A stretch of DNA of 64,000 nt from Camelus dromedarius (lineage: Eukaryota): NCBI RefSeq assembly GCF_036321535.1, contig NC_087436.1:25484001-25548000 (forward strand). Direction: 5' to 3'. Shown here piece after piece: positions 52,123-64,000 of the stretch. Position 1 is the first letter of the stretch; every line of letters starts with the position of its first letter. The notes beneath the pieces were generated by a model that saw nothing but the letters and a program-made list of their open reading frames with translations, did no database searches and had not been told where the DNA came from. Both the position numbers and the translations under genes were made by a program.

Positions 52123-52439
52123 GTCCGTTGCTGAAATCTAGGAGTAAGGAGGAGTAATCCAAGCCCTACCGAGATAGCAGTAAAGACAGGTAGCAGGTGA
52201 TATCACCCATAAGAGCAAGTGAGCTTTGAACCTGGGGGGTTTATGGAAAAGGAACCATAATAGTCTGGAAGCAGCAATAAGGAGCAAGGAAGAGATCTGT
52301 CCCACCTCAGGGCCCACTGGTAGGTTTCAGGGCAAACCGTGATTTCAGGGGAAAATCAGATCTCAGTTAGAACAAGTTGGTGAAAGGAAAGTTGCATTTT
52401 CTGAAGGTCCTTATTACACAGTACCCTGAATGCAGGCAG

Positions 52440-52675
52440 TATGCATGATGTCTCAGGGCACAGATTCTGGAGCCAAACAAACTTGACTTTGACTTTTATT
52501 ACCAAAAGTGTGAACTCAGGGAAGATGCTTAAACTTCCTAAGTCTCATTTATCTCTTCTGCAAAAATGAGTGTAATATACTTACCAACTTTTTGTAAGAA
52601 CTAGTTGGAATAGCAAGAATCACTTACCTAGCATGAAGTCTGACGTAGTATAATAGGCAAGTAAATAGTAACTCA
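52440..52675 (+). mobile_element. MIR
   Basis: gcacagattctggagcca...tgtgaactcagggaagatgcttaa...ctcattt.tctcttctgcaaaaatg. Confidence 0.7.
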
Positions 52676-53635
52676 AATGGATCCTTTAAAAGTTTATATT
52701 AAATAAATGGATAGAAGTCTGTAGTCAGATGCTAAGGCAAGTAATTAACTAGATTACAGAATCAAAAACATCTATTGGGCACTTTCTATGTACAGGCTGC
52801 AGAGAAAAATGGATCTAATTCCTTAATTTCCTCCTTTTAAAATATGCATGTTTTCTTATCATTCTTATGCTCCAAACTACAATGGCTCTCAATTTTCCTT
52901 AAAAGAAAAGCTAAAGTTTTAAAGAACCAATGTAAATGATTTCCCTATGCAAATATAATTTTAATACTGATTGCTACCTTCAAATCAAGATGAAAATGAG
53001 ACTTCTACTTCAGGCCAAGATGAAATAACACGGACTGGATATACCTCCCACTTCAGATAGCAGAAACAAAACCAAATCAACTAGCAGTGATTTTTAAGAT
53101 AGTGGATATCAAGCAGCAAAAACCAATTATCCTTGAAAGAGAAGCAACTGAGGATGGCAGAGGGAGTCAAGAGGGTCTCTCAATTGCTTCAGTTTACTGC
53201 TGCAAGAGAGTTCCCAGCAACAGGGCAGGAAGGGGAATCCAGAAGGAGCCTGGAAGTCTCTCTGGAGTGAGGGGATGGAGTGAGGTCCAGGAAGACCAAG
53301 GCAGCTAGAGTTCACAAGACAGAGTACAGGAGAGAGAAAGATACACAAAGACTCAGGTATGGAGAGGGTCTCTCGTGGAACCCTCAGCTGAATCCTGATA
53401 AGCACAAGTGCTTGAAGAAAATGTCGATGCCTACAAGAACCATGTGAAAGGATTAGATATAACAATTCCTGCAACTCACCCAGGGTCTAGAATGATGCTT
53501 TTTTTCTACCAGCAAGAATGGTGGGCACAAGCAGAAGAAAAAGACAAAATGTCACTAGCTGATGTACAGGTTGTTCCAGAGCTATGGTACTTATTGTTAC
53601 TAACTACTATCTATTAAAATAGATTTAAAAAATAG

Positions 53636-53798
53636 TCTTCCGTATGGCACAGGGAACTATAGTCAATATCTTGTAGTAACCCATAATGAAAAATATGAAG
53701 AGGAATATATGTATGTATATATATGACTAAAATATTATGCTGGATACAAGAAACTGACACAACATTGTAAACCGACTATACTACAATTAAAGAAAAAA
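53636..53798 (+). mobile_element. Short young L1 3' end
   Basis: gtcttccgtatggcacagggaactatagtcaatatcttgtag...aacattgtaaaccgactatactacaattaaagaaaaaa. Confidence 0.85.
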
Positions 53799-54103
53799 GC
53801 GCTCAGCTGGGATAATGACAAAAAGAAGGTCTAAAGAGGGAAAAAAAGGAAGTAAGAGTGGTGCTTTTGGAAAAATTACTACCACTAAAAGCGATTAAAT
53901 GAGGATACTAAACAGTAGCCACTGGATGGTGATCTGGGTTCATAAGCTATTGATTCTATGCAGTGTGACATGCCATCAGTGAACCTCTCTCCTTGGAAGC
54001 CAATATCTTCTCTTTCCAAAAACATCCATCGTTTAAAGGAAAGAGGGGCAGGAGTATGGCTGCCATCCTCTGGGGAAACATGATGCAATATAAAATGTCT
54101 AAA

Positions 54104-54272
54104 GCAGTGCCTCTCAAACTCTAATCTACTAAATAAAATTCATCTAGGAAATTTTGTTAAAATGCAAATAATGATGCAATAGGTCTGGGGTGGGGCCAAG
54201 GATTCTGCATTTCTAAGTTTCCTCCCAGAGCTTCTGCTGCTGTTCCACAGGTCACATTTTCAGTACTAAACG
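54104..54272. mobile_element. MER5-like hAT MITE
   Basis: gcagtgcctctcaaact...tgttaaaatgcaaat...taggtctggggtggggcc...tctgcatttctaa. Confidence 0.78.
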
Positions 54273-57200
54273 TCTAAAAATTTTAAAATGCTCTGTGCAC
54301 TTTAATTAGTGGTCCTAAAGACTGGGCAGTGGAGGCTAAGTTTTTGTGGTACCAAGGCATATATACTGTTTCTGTTATACTAAGTAGTGCCTACTCCCAA
54401 GGGAGTTGCCTAATGCAAACACTGTATAAAGGGTATCAGATTATAATTTTTAGATTAAAAAGGGGTTACATAGATAATTTTATAAACTTTGTTAACAATA
54501 TACTTTCAGGAAGAAACAGTTATTGGCTTAAATTAAATTATTTATATTAGGTTGCCTTGCCTTACACATGTAAATCAATTTCATCCATTTCTTCTTGAAC
54601 TGAGAAACCTAAAGAAATACAGTAAGATAACCACGTGTTTATATGCAAAAATGGACTGGGAGAAATATGAAAATTCTGAAAGTTAATCTTTTGACAACAT
54701 AATGCCAGTAATGTACGTGCTTCTACATTATAAACTAAATCAATTCTAAATAAAGCAATAGAAACCATAGATAAATGAACCTCGAAAGTTCCATCTATTG
54801 CAGGTCTTAATTGCCATCATTAGTGCCTAGGCTAAAGGTTTCTGAAGATACTAAGACAATTAGAATGAACTTAGAAAAAAAAAATCCCTTTGAAATCATC
54901 TCAGATCACGAGTGGCCAGGAGAATATTGATCTTAGAGATCTATCAATGTTAACTGGCATCCAAGCAAGATGCTCTCAACTATGTTCTCTATGTCCTTTG
55001 GTTTTTATCTTAAAAAACTGAAGGGAGCCAAGGAAGCTATAAACTGTAGAGTAGTATCATTTTCTTCAAGGCGTTCTTCAATAATAGAACTGGAGCTGTA
55101 CAATCACTGAAAGGCAGATAGACCAGAGAGAAGCAGCTTATTGTTAAAGGAGGGCACTGAACTGGCAACAAGTGTTTTTAATCTTTCTGAGTCCTCCTAC
55201 ACCTAGGAACTAGGCTGGTAAGATATCAAGACTTTGTGACTTGAGAATGAACTGTGATGTCGTTTGTCAGACTGACCTGGGTGAAGTAAAATGTATGCAG
55301 TTTATTTCATAATGAGGTTTGTGGAGCAGTGACATAGCCGTTATCTATTCCGAGTCCAGGCAAGGTGCTATTTCAGTAACTGTAACTGTAGGTGCTAAAG
55401 GTGGTGATTTTCTCCCCAGGCTGTCATTGCCCCCTACTTTGCATTTCCCTGCCAGCTGTGCAATTTGCTGGGGATTTGGCATGGCCGCTGGAGTTCATTA
55501 TTCAGAACTGCATCTTAGAAATGCTATTTTCTGTTTATTTCCTACGGAAGGAAATGAAAAGACTAGCGTTTCTCAAAATTTATTCAAGTAATCATTTCGT
55601 TCTCTTTTATTTCCCTTGGGAAAGAGTCCTGTTGGCTCCAGCAGGTATTCTGTCTTTTTCATTAGGTGCCTCTCACTGATAAATAGAAAGAAAATGTTGC
55701 ATCATATGGTTACTAAAAGAATTTCTTGCAAAGTTCTCTCACTGATGGTCTTCGGCTAGTCTGACTTTTTAAAAGCAAAGCAAAGATTTGTCTGTCAGGT
55801 TATCCAATCAAACAGCTGCCCAATTTTCAGGCCATATAGCAATATGACTTAAACAAAGCCTCAGAGGAGATACAAAATATATACTGTGAATTCAGTGTCA
55901 GTAACAATTTATGACAGACAATTGTAAAAATATAGTTTAATAAAAGGAATTTTATTTGTTATACTATGGGAATAGTAAAATCTTTTTAGCTTGGATATAA
56001 AGTAGGAGGGGGAAAAAGTGAGTTCCAAAAGAGTTTGATTTGTTTTTTCCTTTGCTCCTTCTTTGCTTCTTTTCTTCCTCCGTCCCATCACCCATAACAA
56101 CCAAGATGGCAGGACATTCCCTAGGTGGAGTAGATGTCTAGATTTTTTTTTCTCTCATTTTAACGATAGTGTATGGTTTTCCAAGACTCAGCTTTTGAAT
56201 ATGTCAAAGGAATATCAAGCCCATTTTGTAGTTTGGGGGTAATTTACAAAGTATGTGGTTGTATATTATGTGACTTTTTTTTTTTTTTTAAATGTTCTAT
56301 GTCCTCAATTCAATTGAGAAAACAGTGAGAGCCAAGGACTGTGAAGCATTGTGCAATAAATGACTGGTGATGCCAAACTGATTAAAGATGGCCTCTGCCA
56401 ATTTATGGAGGAGATAGTTACTTGCAAAAAATGTATAAGACAAATTTGGAAAATCATTGTAATTAATTGATTGATTTATACATTTGCTGAGCTCCTGCTA
56501 TATGACAGACATGCTATGCAAAGCAGTGGTCATATGAGAAAAAGACACAGACTTGATCTTAAGGAGCTTGTAATCAAAATTTAGATAGACAAGGAAGCAC
56601 ATAAGAAGTGCTTATAATAATTGCTATATAAAAACATAGACACATATATAACGAATCTCTGAACCTTATCTGTATCAAAGATGCTATACACTATATTTAT
56701 GCACATGCTACCATTTCAGTGGCAGACATTGGATAACAAATTTTAATACTGCTAAGCCTGAACAGAACCCTTTTACTCACAGCATTCCAGGCAGTAACTA
56801 CAAGTTGAGTGACAATGATAGAAGAAAGCTATTATCCATTTCTTATGTGTCTCCATCATCCCATCCACCCATTCATCTTTTTTCCTCAATTGTTCTCCAA
56901 AAAAACAACACATTATATATGTCAAGATGCCCAAATCTGCATTTTCAACAATAATCTCATTCTAGCCAAGTTTGTAATAGAATATTTTTACTATTTTTTC
57001 ATCCATCCTTCAAATAAATGCATTTTCTTGTTCCTATGCACAATCTTATATTTTATGTTCTTGCTCTCCTTCCTATTCCTTGCCAAATCAATTACCAATT
57101 CCAGTGCCTTTCATTATAATGCATTTGTTGCAAATCTGTGAAATTCTTGATTCCTCATCCAGGTCAAGACTGTCATTTCTTTTTAAATCAACTTCTATGT

Positions 57201-58029
57201 GGCCTTCAAGTTGTACTTCTTGATTTAATCCCCTTAGTTTTATAGCAAATGTCTGTAATACTCTATACATCACTCCCAGCTTGAAAATCAAAAGTATGTT
57301 TATGTTCTTCATAAATTAGAATCTTAATTCTTCAATCTAATAATTAAGGCCCATCATAGTTACTGTAACTTAAACTGCACAACCAACATGCACAGCACTC
57401 CAAAGTTTACAAGGCACATTCATGCTGTGATCATAACATTAACAGAGAAAGTTAACATGCATTATTTTTCTAAGGGACAGAATGATTTTTCTGAAGTAAT
57501 GGGGCAATTGACAACACCCCAATTTGAATTTAGATATTTTGCCTTCAAATGTGGATCTTCTAAAATACAATGATCAATACCATCATATGTATCAAATGTC
57601 CCCATAGTGACATTTTTCTTCAATAATAGGTTACACAAAACAAAAAAACCCCTCCACCTGAAATGTTTTTCCTTATTCTTTATTATTCCATATCTATTAT
57701 TTCCTTAAGAACACAAACTTACCTTCTTTAGAAACTCATTTTTGGATAGAATTTCTTACTTGTATTAATTTTAAAAATAATGAATTAAGTGAATTGTTCT
57801 CCATACTTACTTATTTAAATTTTACTACACTATCTTTACTTGCTGTATTAGTTTATAGTTTGTTTCACTTTGGTATGTTTTGTTACCTTTGGCTCTTTAA
57901 GAGCATAGTATGTCTTCTGATATTTTAAAATATAACACTTAGTAAAATTTTTTGCACACATCATTACTGGTCTTCTCCATCACACATTGTCCCTTATAAG
58001 GACCTTTTTTGTCAGACTCTACACCTATT

Positions 58030-59080
58030 TGTGGTAGGCAGAGTAATGGCCTCCCAAAGATATCCAAGTTTAATCACCAGGAACTATGAATAGTTTAGGT
58101 TAAATGCAAAGAGCAATTAAAGTTGCAGATGGAATTGAATGTGTTAATCAGCTGACCTTGAGATAAGAAGATTATTCTGGGTTACTCAGATGGGCTCAAC
58201 ACAATCACAAGATTTTTTATAAGCAGTAGAGGGAGGTGGAAGAGAGAGAACCAGCGACATAGTAGCACAAGAAGGAATCCCCTTGTTAGGCAGTTAGATA
58301 AGTGGGAGCACCATGCAGATGAGGTAGAGGAGAGGGAGACGGTCTGGAAAATGGTGATAAGCCCGCCTTCAACATAAGGGGCTTTACTTCCTCTAAACGA
58401 GTGGCAGCAAGAAACTGGTTGGGATTGGATGGCCACAACTGCACTGTCGACAAGGACCTAACCAGACATGACCCAATGCTGACTGCATTATAATTAACAC
58501 TGCTGTTTAGCCCCACTCCCCCGTGGGTTCTTCTGTGTGCATCATGAGTAAGGAAATGCACAGAGGGGGACGGGCATGACTAAGCATTCCAGGGATGAGA
58601 GCTGTCAATCAAGAGGCTGCCTCCAAGTAAGGGTAAAAGACCAGGGACAAAGAAAGACCGGGACTGCCATCCTCTCTTCGATCAACTTGCCCCCGCTCTT
58701 GGAGGTGTACTTTTGCTTTACTAATAAAATCTTTAAAATCTTCAACTACACGATGCTTTTGTCTCCCATCTGAAGCCTTCTCTTTTGAGCAAGACAAGAA
58801 CTGAGGCTCTCCCCTTTTGGGGTAACACCCTCACATTGCTCATTCTGTAGATTCAGGAACGGGCCATAAATAAAAGAATGTTGGTGGTCTCTAAAAGCTG
58901 GAGAAGGCCAAAAAAATGGATTCTCCTCTAGCATCTCTAGAAAGCAGGGTAGCCCTGACTGTAGCCCAGGGAGGCCAATTTCATGCTCTGACTTCCGGAA
59001 CTGTAAGACTATATAAGTCTGTGTTGTTTTAAACTACTACATTTATAATAATTTGTTACAGCAGTCACAGGAAACTTATA
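58030..59080 (+). mobile_element. MLT1D-like MaLR LTR split by a younger ERV LTR
   Basis: tgtggtaggcagagtaatggcctcccaaagat...ttaaagttgcagatggaatt...aagctggagaaggcc...tttgttacagcag. Confidence 0.88.
58284..58827 (+). mobile_element. Young ERV solo LTR (544 bp)
   Basis: TGTTA...TAACA termini, perfect 4-bp TSD ccct (58280-58283 and 58828-58831), AATAAA at 58723, several retained CpGs. Confidence 0.9.
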
Positions 59081-59259
59081 GTTAATATGCCATTCATTTT
59101 ATAAAAATATTAAACATAGACTTTTACAGAAAATCTACTGAGATTTTCTAAACCATATGAAGAGTACATTCATACTCAGCTTAGATTTTCCATAAGTGTC
59201 TTCTGCGTGTGTGCAGCCTGATTATTAAACAGCCTGTAGCTAAATGTCAGCTAAACATG

Positions 59260-60560
59260 AACCATCTTGGCATGACCCTTGCTAACCTCTTCAGCTGCAT
59301 CTCGCATCATCATTCTCCTCTCATTCGAGACCCACACCACACTCCACATGCACCTTCTAAAAAAGCTAAGCTCACCTCTAAATGTTGGCTTTTTCTCATT
59401 GCCCCCCTGCCCTCTACACACTTAGGTTTTAAAATTCAGTCTGGACCTCACGTCCATGGCAACCTTGCAGCCCCCTAGTCTGAGGTGGGCCCTTTCCTCT
59501 GTGCTTCATGTGCCTGCTACACTTGACTTGCTGTAGTTTAGTTGCATTTTGACATCTCAGTTTTCCTTTCTAGGTTTTCAACAACTTGAGGCCAGAAATT
59601 GTGGTTTTAATTGTCCTTGGAACTCCAGTTTGGGCAGTGCTGTTCAGAACAGTTAATAAAACATTAGGCAGCGAATGGAAGAACTCCAGCAAACCTCCGA
59701 ACACCTCTCTACAGCCTATTTCCAGATATGTTCTGCATTTGATTCGTTCTAGTTACCCATGCCTACTTTGCTGACATTTTAAATTTCTCCTTTTCACAGA
59801 GTTCCATGTTAACATTCTATTTGCCTTCTTCCTTTTATTGCCAATTCCTGAAATGTGTGAGCTACACCTGGGCCACAGCTTCTACTCATTTACGTTTTAA
59901 TCCCTTGTGTCTGGCTGCAGAAAATACCCTATGATGGAAATTATTCTCTTAATATCACCACCTGCCTACCCAAATTCAATAACCTTTCTCAGTTCGTATT
60001 TTGTTCAATCTCTTGAACTCTTTAGACTCTTGATCTTTAAGCCTCCTTATGATTCTTGTTCTTCTGCTCTTTTCTGCTGGTTTCTCCTTCTCCAGAGCCG
60101 GCACTTTCCCTCTTGATTCATAAATGTGGTTTATACTCTAATTTGGTTCTGTGTCTCCTGCTCCTCTCCCTAAAGACTCACATGATGTGTCCTCTTAGAG
60201 CTTCAAGCACCATTTCACAGTCCACTCCCCGGCTTCTCACCTTTGCTTCAGTCCCATACATGCAAAACTAAATGGCAATACAAATTTGTTTCCCTGACAT
60301 GATTAGAAACTCAACCTTTCCTAAACAAATATTATTTTCCCTGAAACCAGTTACTCTTCGGAATATGCCCACTACTGCCAGGAAAACAGCTTTAGTTGTA
60401 CTTCCCTGTATCTCAACTTTTGCAAACAGCATGAATTCGTGTTTTTACTTTATCCATTAGATTCAGTCCTTCATAGAGTTCTCTCTTACCTATGATATAA
60501 ATTATGTGAGCATACGCAATGCTTTTGCCAGTCCACGATTGTGCATTCATCATTTCCTAC
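59260..60560 (+). mobile_element. L2 fragments
   Basis: Pyrimidine-rich L2-like tracts (catgacccttgctaacctcttcagctgcatctc; ttctctt..tatcacca; cttagagcttcaagcacc). Confidence 0.5.
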
Positions 60561-60579
60561 CTGTTTTTTAAAATGCTGG

Positions 60580-60800
60580 GTATGATTTGAGTGCACATTC
60601 TGATTCCCTCTCTGCCTCCTCCAAGGGAAGGTTGCTTAACTTCTCTAAACTTTGGTTTTCTGAATTTGCAAACAGGACTATAAAAATACCCGATGATGTT
60701 AAGGGTTCATAGAGGCTGTTTGAGAGTGAATTGATGTAAATAAAACATTTAGCACACTTTCTGATACATAAAAAGCAAAAGCACTCCTTAAGTAGTAGAT
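60580..60800 (+). mobile_element. MIR
   Basis: gggaaggttgcttaacttctctaaac...catagaggctgtttgagag...gtaaa..aaacatttagcaca. Confidence 0.65.
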
Positions 60801-60805
60801 CTTAT

Positions 60806-60990
60806 TGTATTCATCTACTAAATGATGCACTTTTTTCACATTTTAACATCTTAGAAATCAGACTGTGTTTTATAATCAATAGCATGTCATAGATTATGCG
60901 CCAGAGTTTATTTTCTCCTGGTTCTAGAATAATCAATATACAATTATGCATATTTCCATAGAGGGTGTTTAAGAGTCAATGAAATAAGGT
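60806..60990. mobile_element. MER104-like Tc2 MITE
   Basis: tgtattcatc...gatgcacttttttcacattttaacatc...gagtcaatgaaataagg. Confidence 0.6.
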
Positions 60991-63459
60991 AATATGCTAT
61001 TGTGTTATTCTTGTATCAAACTCTTAACTGGTCTTTATTCAGCTTTCTCTGTACTATATTGCTGTCTGCCTACCTTTTCCTAAATATCACTGGTATCATT
61101 TTACTCCATGGTTAAGGTTTTACACATTGCCCTTTGTTTCTCAATATTTTCACTTTTAAATGTCCTCCAACACTTAAATTCCTATTGGTGTTTGGTGCTA
61201 TATACCACTCCCCCAACTCTGCATTCATCTGGCCAGAGGGGTCTTACCACTGCTGCCCACCCTCTAACTTTCACCCCTGTTCCACCTCTATACCTTTGAT
61301 CCTGTGACCCTTCTATGAATCTTTTTTCTACCTACTTAAATACTGCTTATCTTTACAGATTAGATTCAGTTTCAATAAATGATTCTATTAAAATAGAGAA
61401 AAAAATTAAAAAGTTTCATTAAACTGCTCCTACATATATGTTCAGAACATATTTTAACTTGATATGTATTTCAACATAGCAGGATTAAACAATTTCAGAA
61501 TATTTTTTCTTTTCTGATTCCATTAGTAATGCATGCAGTTAATCTTATTTTCTCACCTCATGTCATAGCATCAAGTAGCCAGATGATGGCTCCCTTCATG
61601 AGCTCATTTGAAATGATTTGCCTTCTTCCTTGAGTCAGAAGAGGGCAGTATCATTGCCTCCCTCCTTCATGATTTTTCATGTATTTTGGACATTTTCCCA
61701 GAGTCTGTTGTGGTAGGTGCCCCCCACCTTTGATCTTTTAACAGTCATTTCTCAGAACCATATACGAAAGTGCTCCCGCCAAATGTCAGAGGGCCTGTCA
61801 ACCTCTGGCACCCAGTTAATCCAGATAGAACCACGGGCTCAGGAGTGGGCAGGAAGCTGGCAGAGGAAACGGAAAGGACACCTGTTCCCTCTAGTGATGT
61901 TTATTCCCTAATGAGCAGGGAAGAATGGGCAAGTGTCCTGATTTTCGCATTCTCCCAGTATCCATAGTAAAATGATGTTCAAGCTTTAGGAAAAATGTAA
62001 TTTGAACATTTTATATTCAATGAAGTATATGCAGTATATTTCTAGATAAAATACAGTATCAGATGAGTAACTGAAAATTAAACTATCGGATTTATTTAAA
62101 TAAAAATGTAACTTTGAGCAAACAACATAGACCATTAGGTGATTTGGATAAAAGTACTGCTGAACTTTGGAGAACAAGATTTGAAGTCCAGTAGGATACA
62201 GACTGGATAGAAAGGTGCAAAAGTTATTTTCAACAACTAGGCTATATTTATGTGTGATAATTATTTATGCATCTGATATTTAGTAATGTAAAATGATAAA
62301 ACATCAGAACGCTAGTGATTCAGATTTCTGTCAACCATGTCATGTACCCTTAAAAGAGACTCATTAAAATCACATTTTAAATATTATCTTTTAAGTAAAT
62401 ACATCCATATTTATTTATGAACATTGCCTAATCTTATTAATGCAAAACTATGTAAAATATTATTACATAATTTAATACCTTCATATTTGATTCCTTTTCT
62501 TTACATTACATCTACCCTGCCTTTGATAAGCTCTAACTCCTACTCTGCACAAACTGTCAGAATCTAATCACTTCAGCTAACTTAATTGTTCTTATTTTTA
62601 TTTCTCTCAATCACAAAAATTTCTTGAAAATAGCTTTAGGGATGTTTTTAAATCGTTCTTTAAAAACTCAGTTGGATCTATTCAAATTTAAACACTGTAC
62701 AAGTTGCCAAAACAAATTTAATTCAACTTACAGTTGATATAACTTGTCCTTCAACTCAGTGACTCTGATTCTGTGCCTACCATATACTTTCCTGGATTAA
62801 AGAGTCAAAAATCATTGTTTTAACTAGCTTAAACCAAAAAGAGTAATATACCAATTTCATTTTTAAGGGAAATGTATCACCATATTTACTCTATGATGGG
62901 ATCTGAGAATGAATCTGAGCTAGTAATGTGAATATTGAAGAAAATAAGGGATAGACAGTCTTGAAAAAATTGCTATAAACAAGAAATTCTTTCTGCTATA
63001 CTCAAAATATCACTTAGTGAGATAGTTAGAGAAGTAGAACATATACAAATCTTTTTTCTACCTAGTTTTTCAGGATAACCCAAGATCACCCGAAGCATCA
63101 TTAACTAATGTCTCATGTGCCCCCAGAGAGGTGCAGAGTGGGAGAAGAGACATTTATCTGAATCTCCTGCCTAGGCAGATCTATATAAGTGGCTATAACT
63201 CTTATAAAGACTTTTCCTTTGGGATTTCATAGATGTAGTAATACATTTGACAAGCAAATATAATTAGAGATCACACTCTAACATTCAGATATAAATGTTT
63301 CTACTGTACATTTATCTCCTAAATAAAAGGGGAGGAGAATCTCCTTCATTTTGTCTGCACTCTGGCATCACACTAACATTCTAGTTTCTACATAATACGG
63401 GATCACATTTTACCTCTGCATTTTTTGAAAATATGCTCATTATAGGTGAGGTTGCTTAC

Positions 63460-63755
63460 TTCAGTGGTTTTGGTTTCTCCTGAGCCTCTCTCCTTGGCAT
63501 GCAGATGGCTGCCTCCTCGCTGCATCCTCGCATGGCTTACTCTGAGTGCACACATCCTGGTGTCTCCCCCTCTTTTTATAAGGACACCAGTCATATTCGA
63601 TTAAGGCCCACCTGTATACCTTCATTTAACCTGCATTACCTATTTAAAATTACAAACCTAATTTAACCTCCAAATACAAGCATGTACTGAGGTATACAGG
63701 GGTTTCGAACTTCAACATGTGAATTTGGGGGTGGGGACACAATTCAGTCTTTAAC
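63460..63755 (-). mobile_element. MaLR LTR fragment (MLT1A-like)
   Basis: tggtttctcctgagcctctctccttggcatgcagatggctgcc...ttataaggacaccagtcatatt...ggggacacaattcagtc. Confidence 0.82.
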
Positions 63756-64000
63756 TTGAAAGAATTTGTGGAACAATGTATTGTTGATTATACTAACAAT
63801 ATTTTTCCATTTGGTTTAGCCATGGTATTCTTTACTATAAGTTAAAATAATGGACAGTGCTCTCTGGGACGAGTAACTTTTTAATTAATAATTTAGGTTA
63901 AATGCACATAAAATTAGACATCTAACCAGCCAGACCTTGAAGGAATGGAATATCTAACAACAACATCTTCTGTGGAAGAGGATCAAGGAAACCCTGGAGT

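Noticed and set aside
1..64000. Remaining 60-150 aa ORFs, CRISPR arrays, rRNA or prokaryotic systems
   Set aside because: The ORFs are low-complexity translations of repeats or AT-rich DNA; no spaced repeat arrays or rRNA-like sequence was seen.

Overview
AT-rich, repeat-dense mammalian DNA with no recognisable host exons. It is probably camelid, judged from a tRNA-derived Vic-1-like SINE and the characteristic young L1 3' ends. The one clear gene-derived feature is a young, GC/CpG-rich, intronless ~820-bp fragment of CAMTA2 mRNA on the minus strand (~6739-7557). It carries an intact 227-codon ORF for the C-terminal IQ/calmodulin-binding region and ~127 nt of 3'UTR, has no poly(A) tail, and is bounded by a perfect 9-bp inverted repeat. 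It sits antisense inside a heavily degenerate class III (ERVL-like) provirus whose protease, RT, RNase H and integrase motifs can still be read across ~8100-9095 and ~15770-17560. The rest is L1, L2, MIR, MaLR/ERV LTRs and DNA transposon remnants. Notable structures are two twin-primed (5'-inverted) L1s, one with an apparent ~480-bp 3' transduction, two solo LTRs with perfect 4-bp TSDs, and two old local duplications. Repeat family names come from recall of consensus sequences, not from a database search, and most boundaries are approximate.
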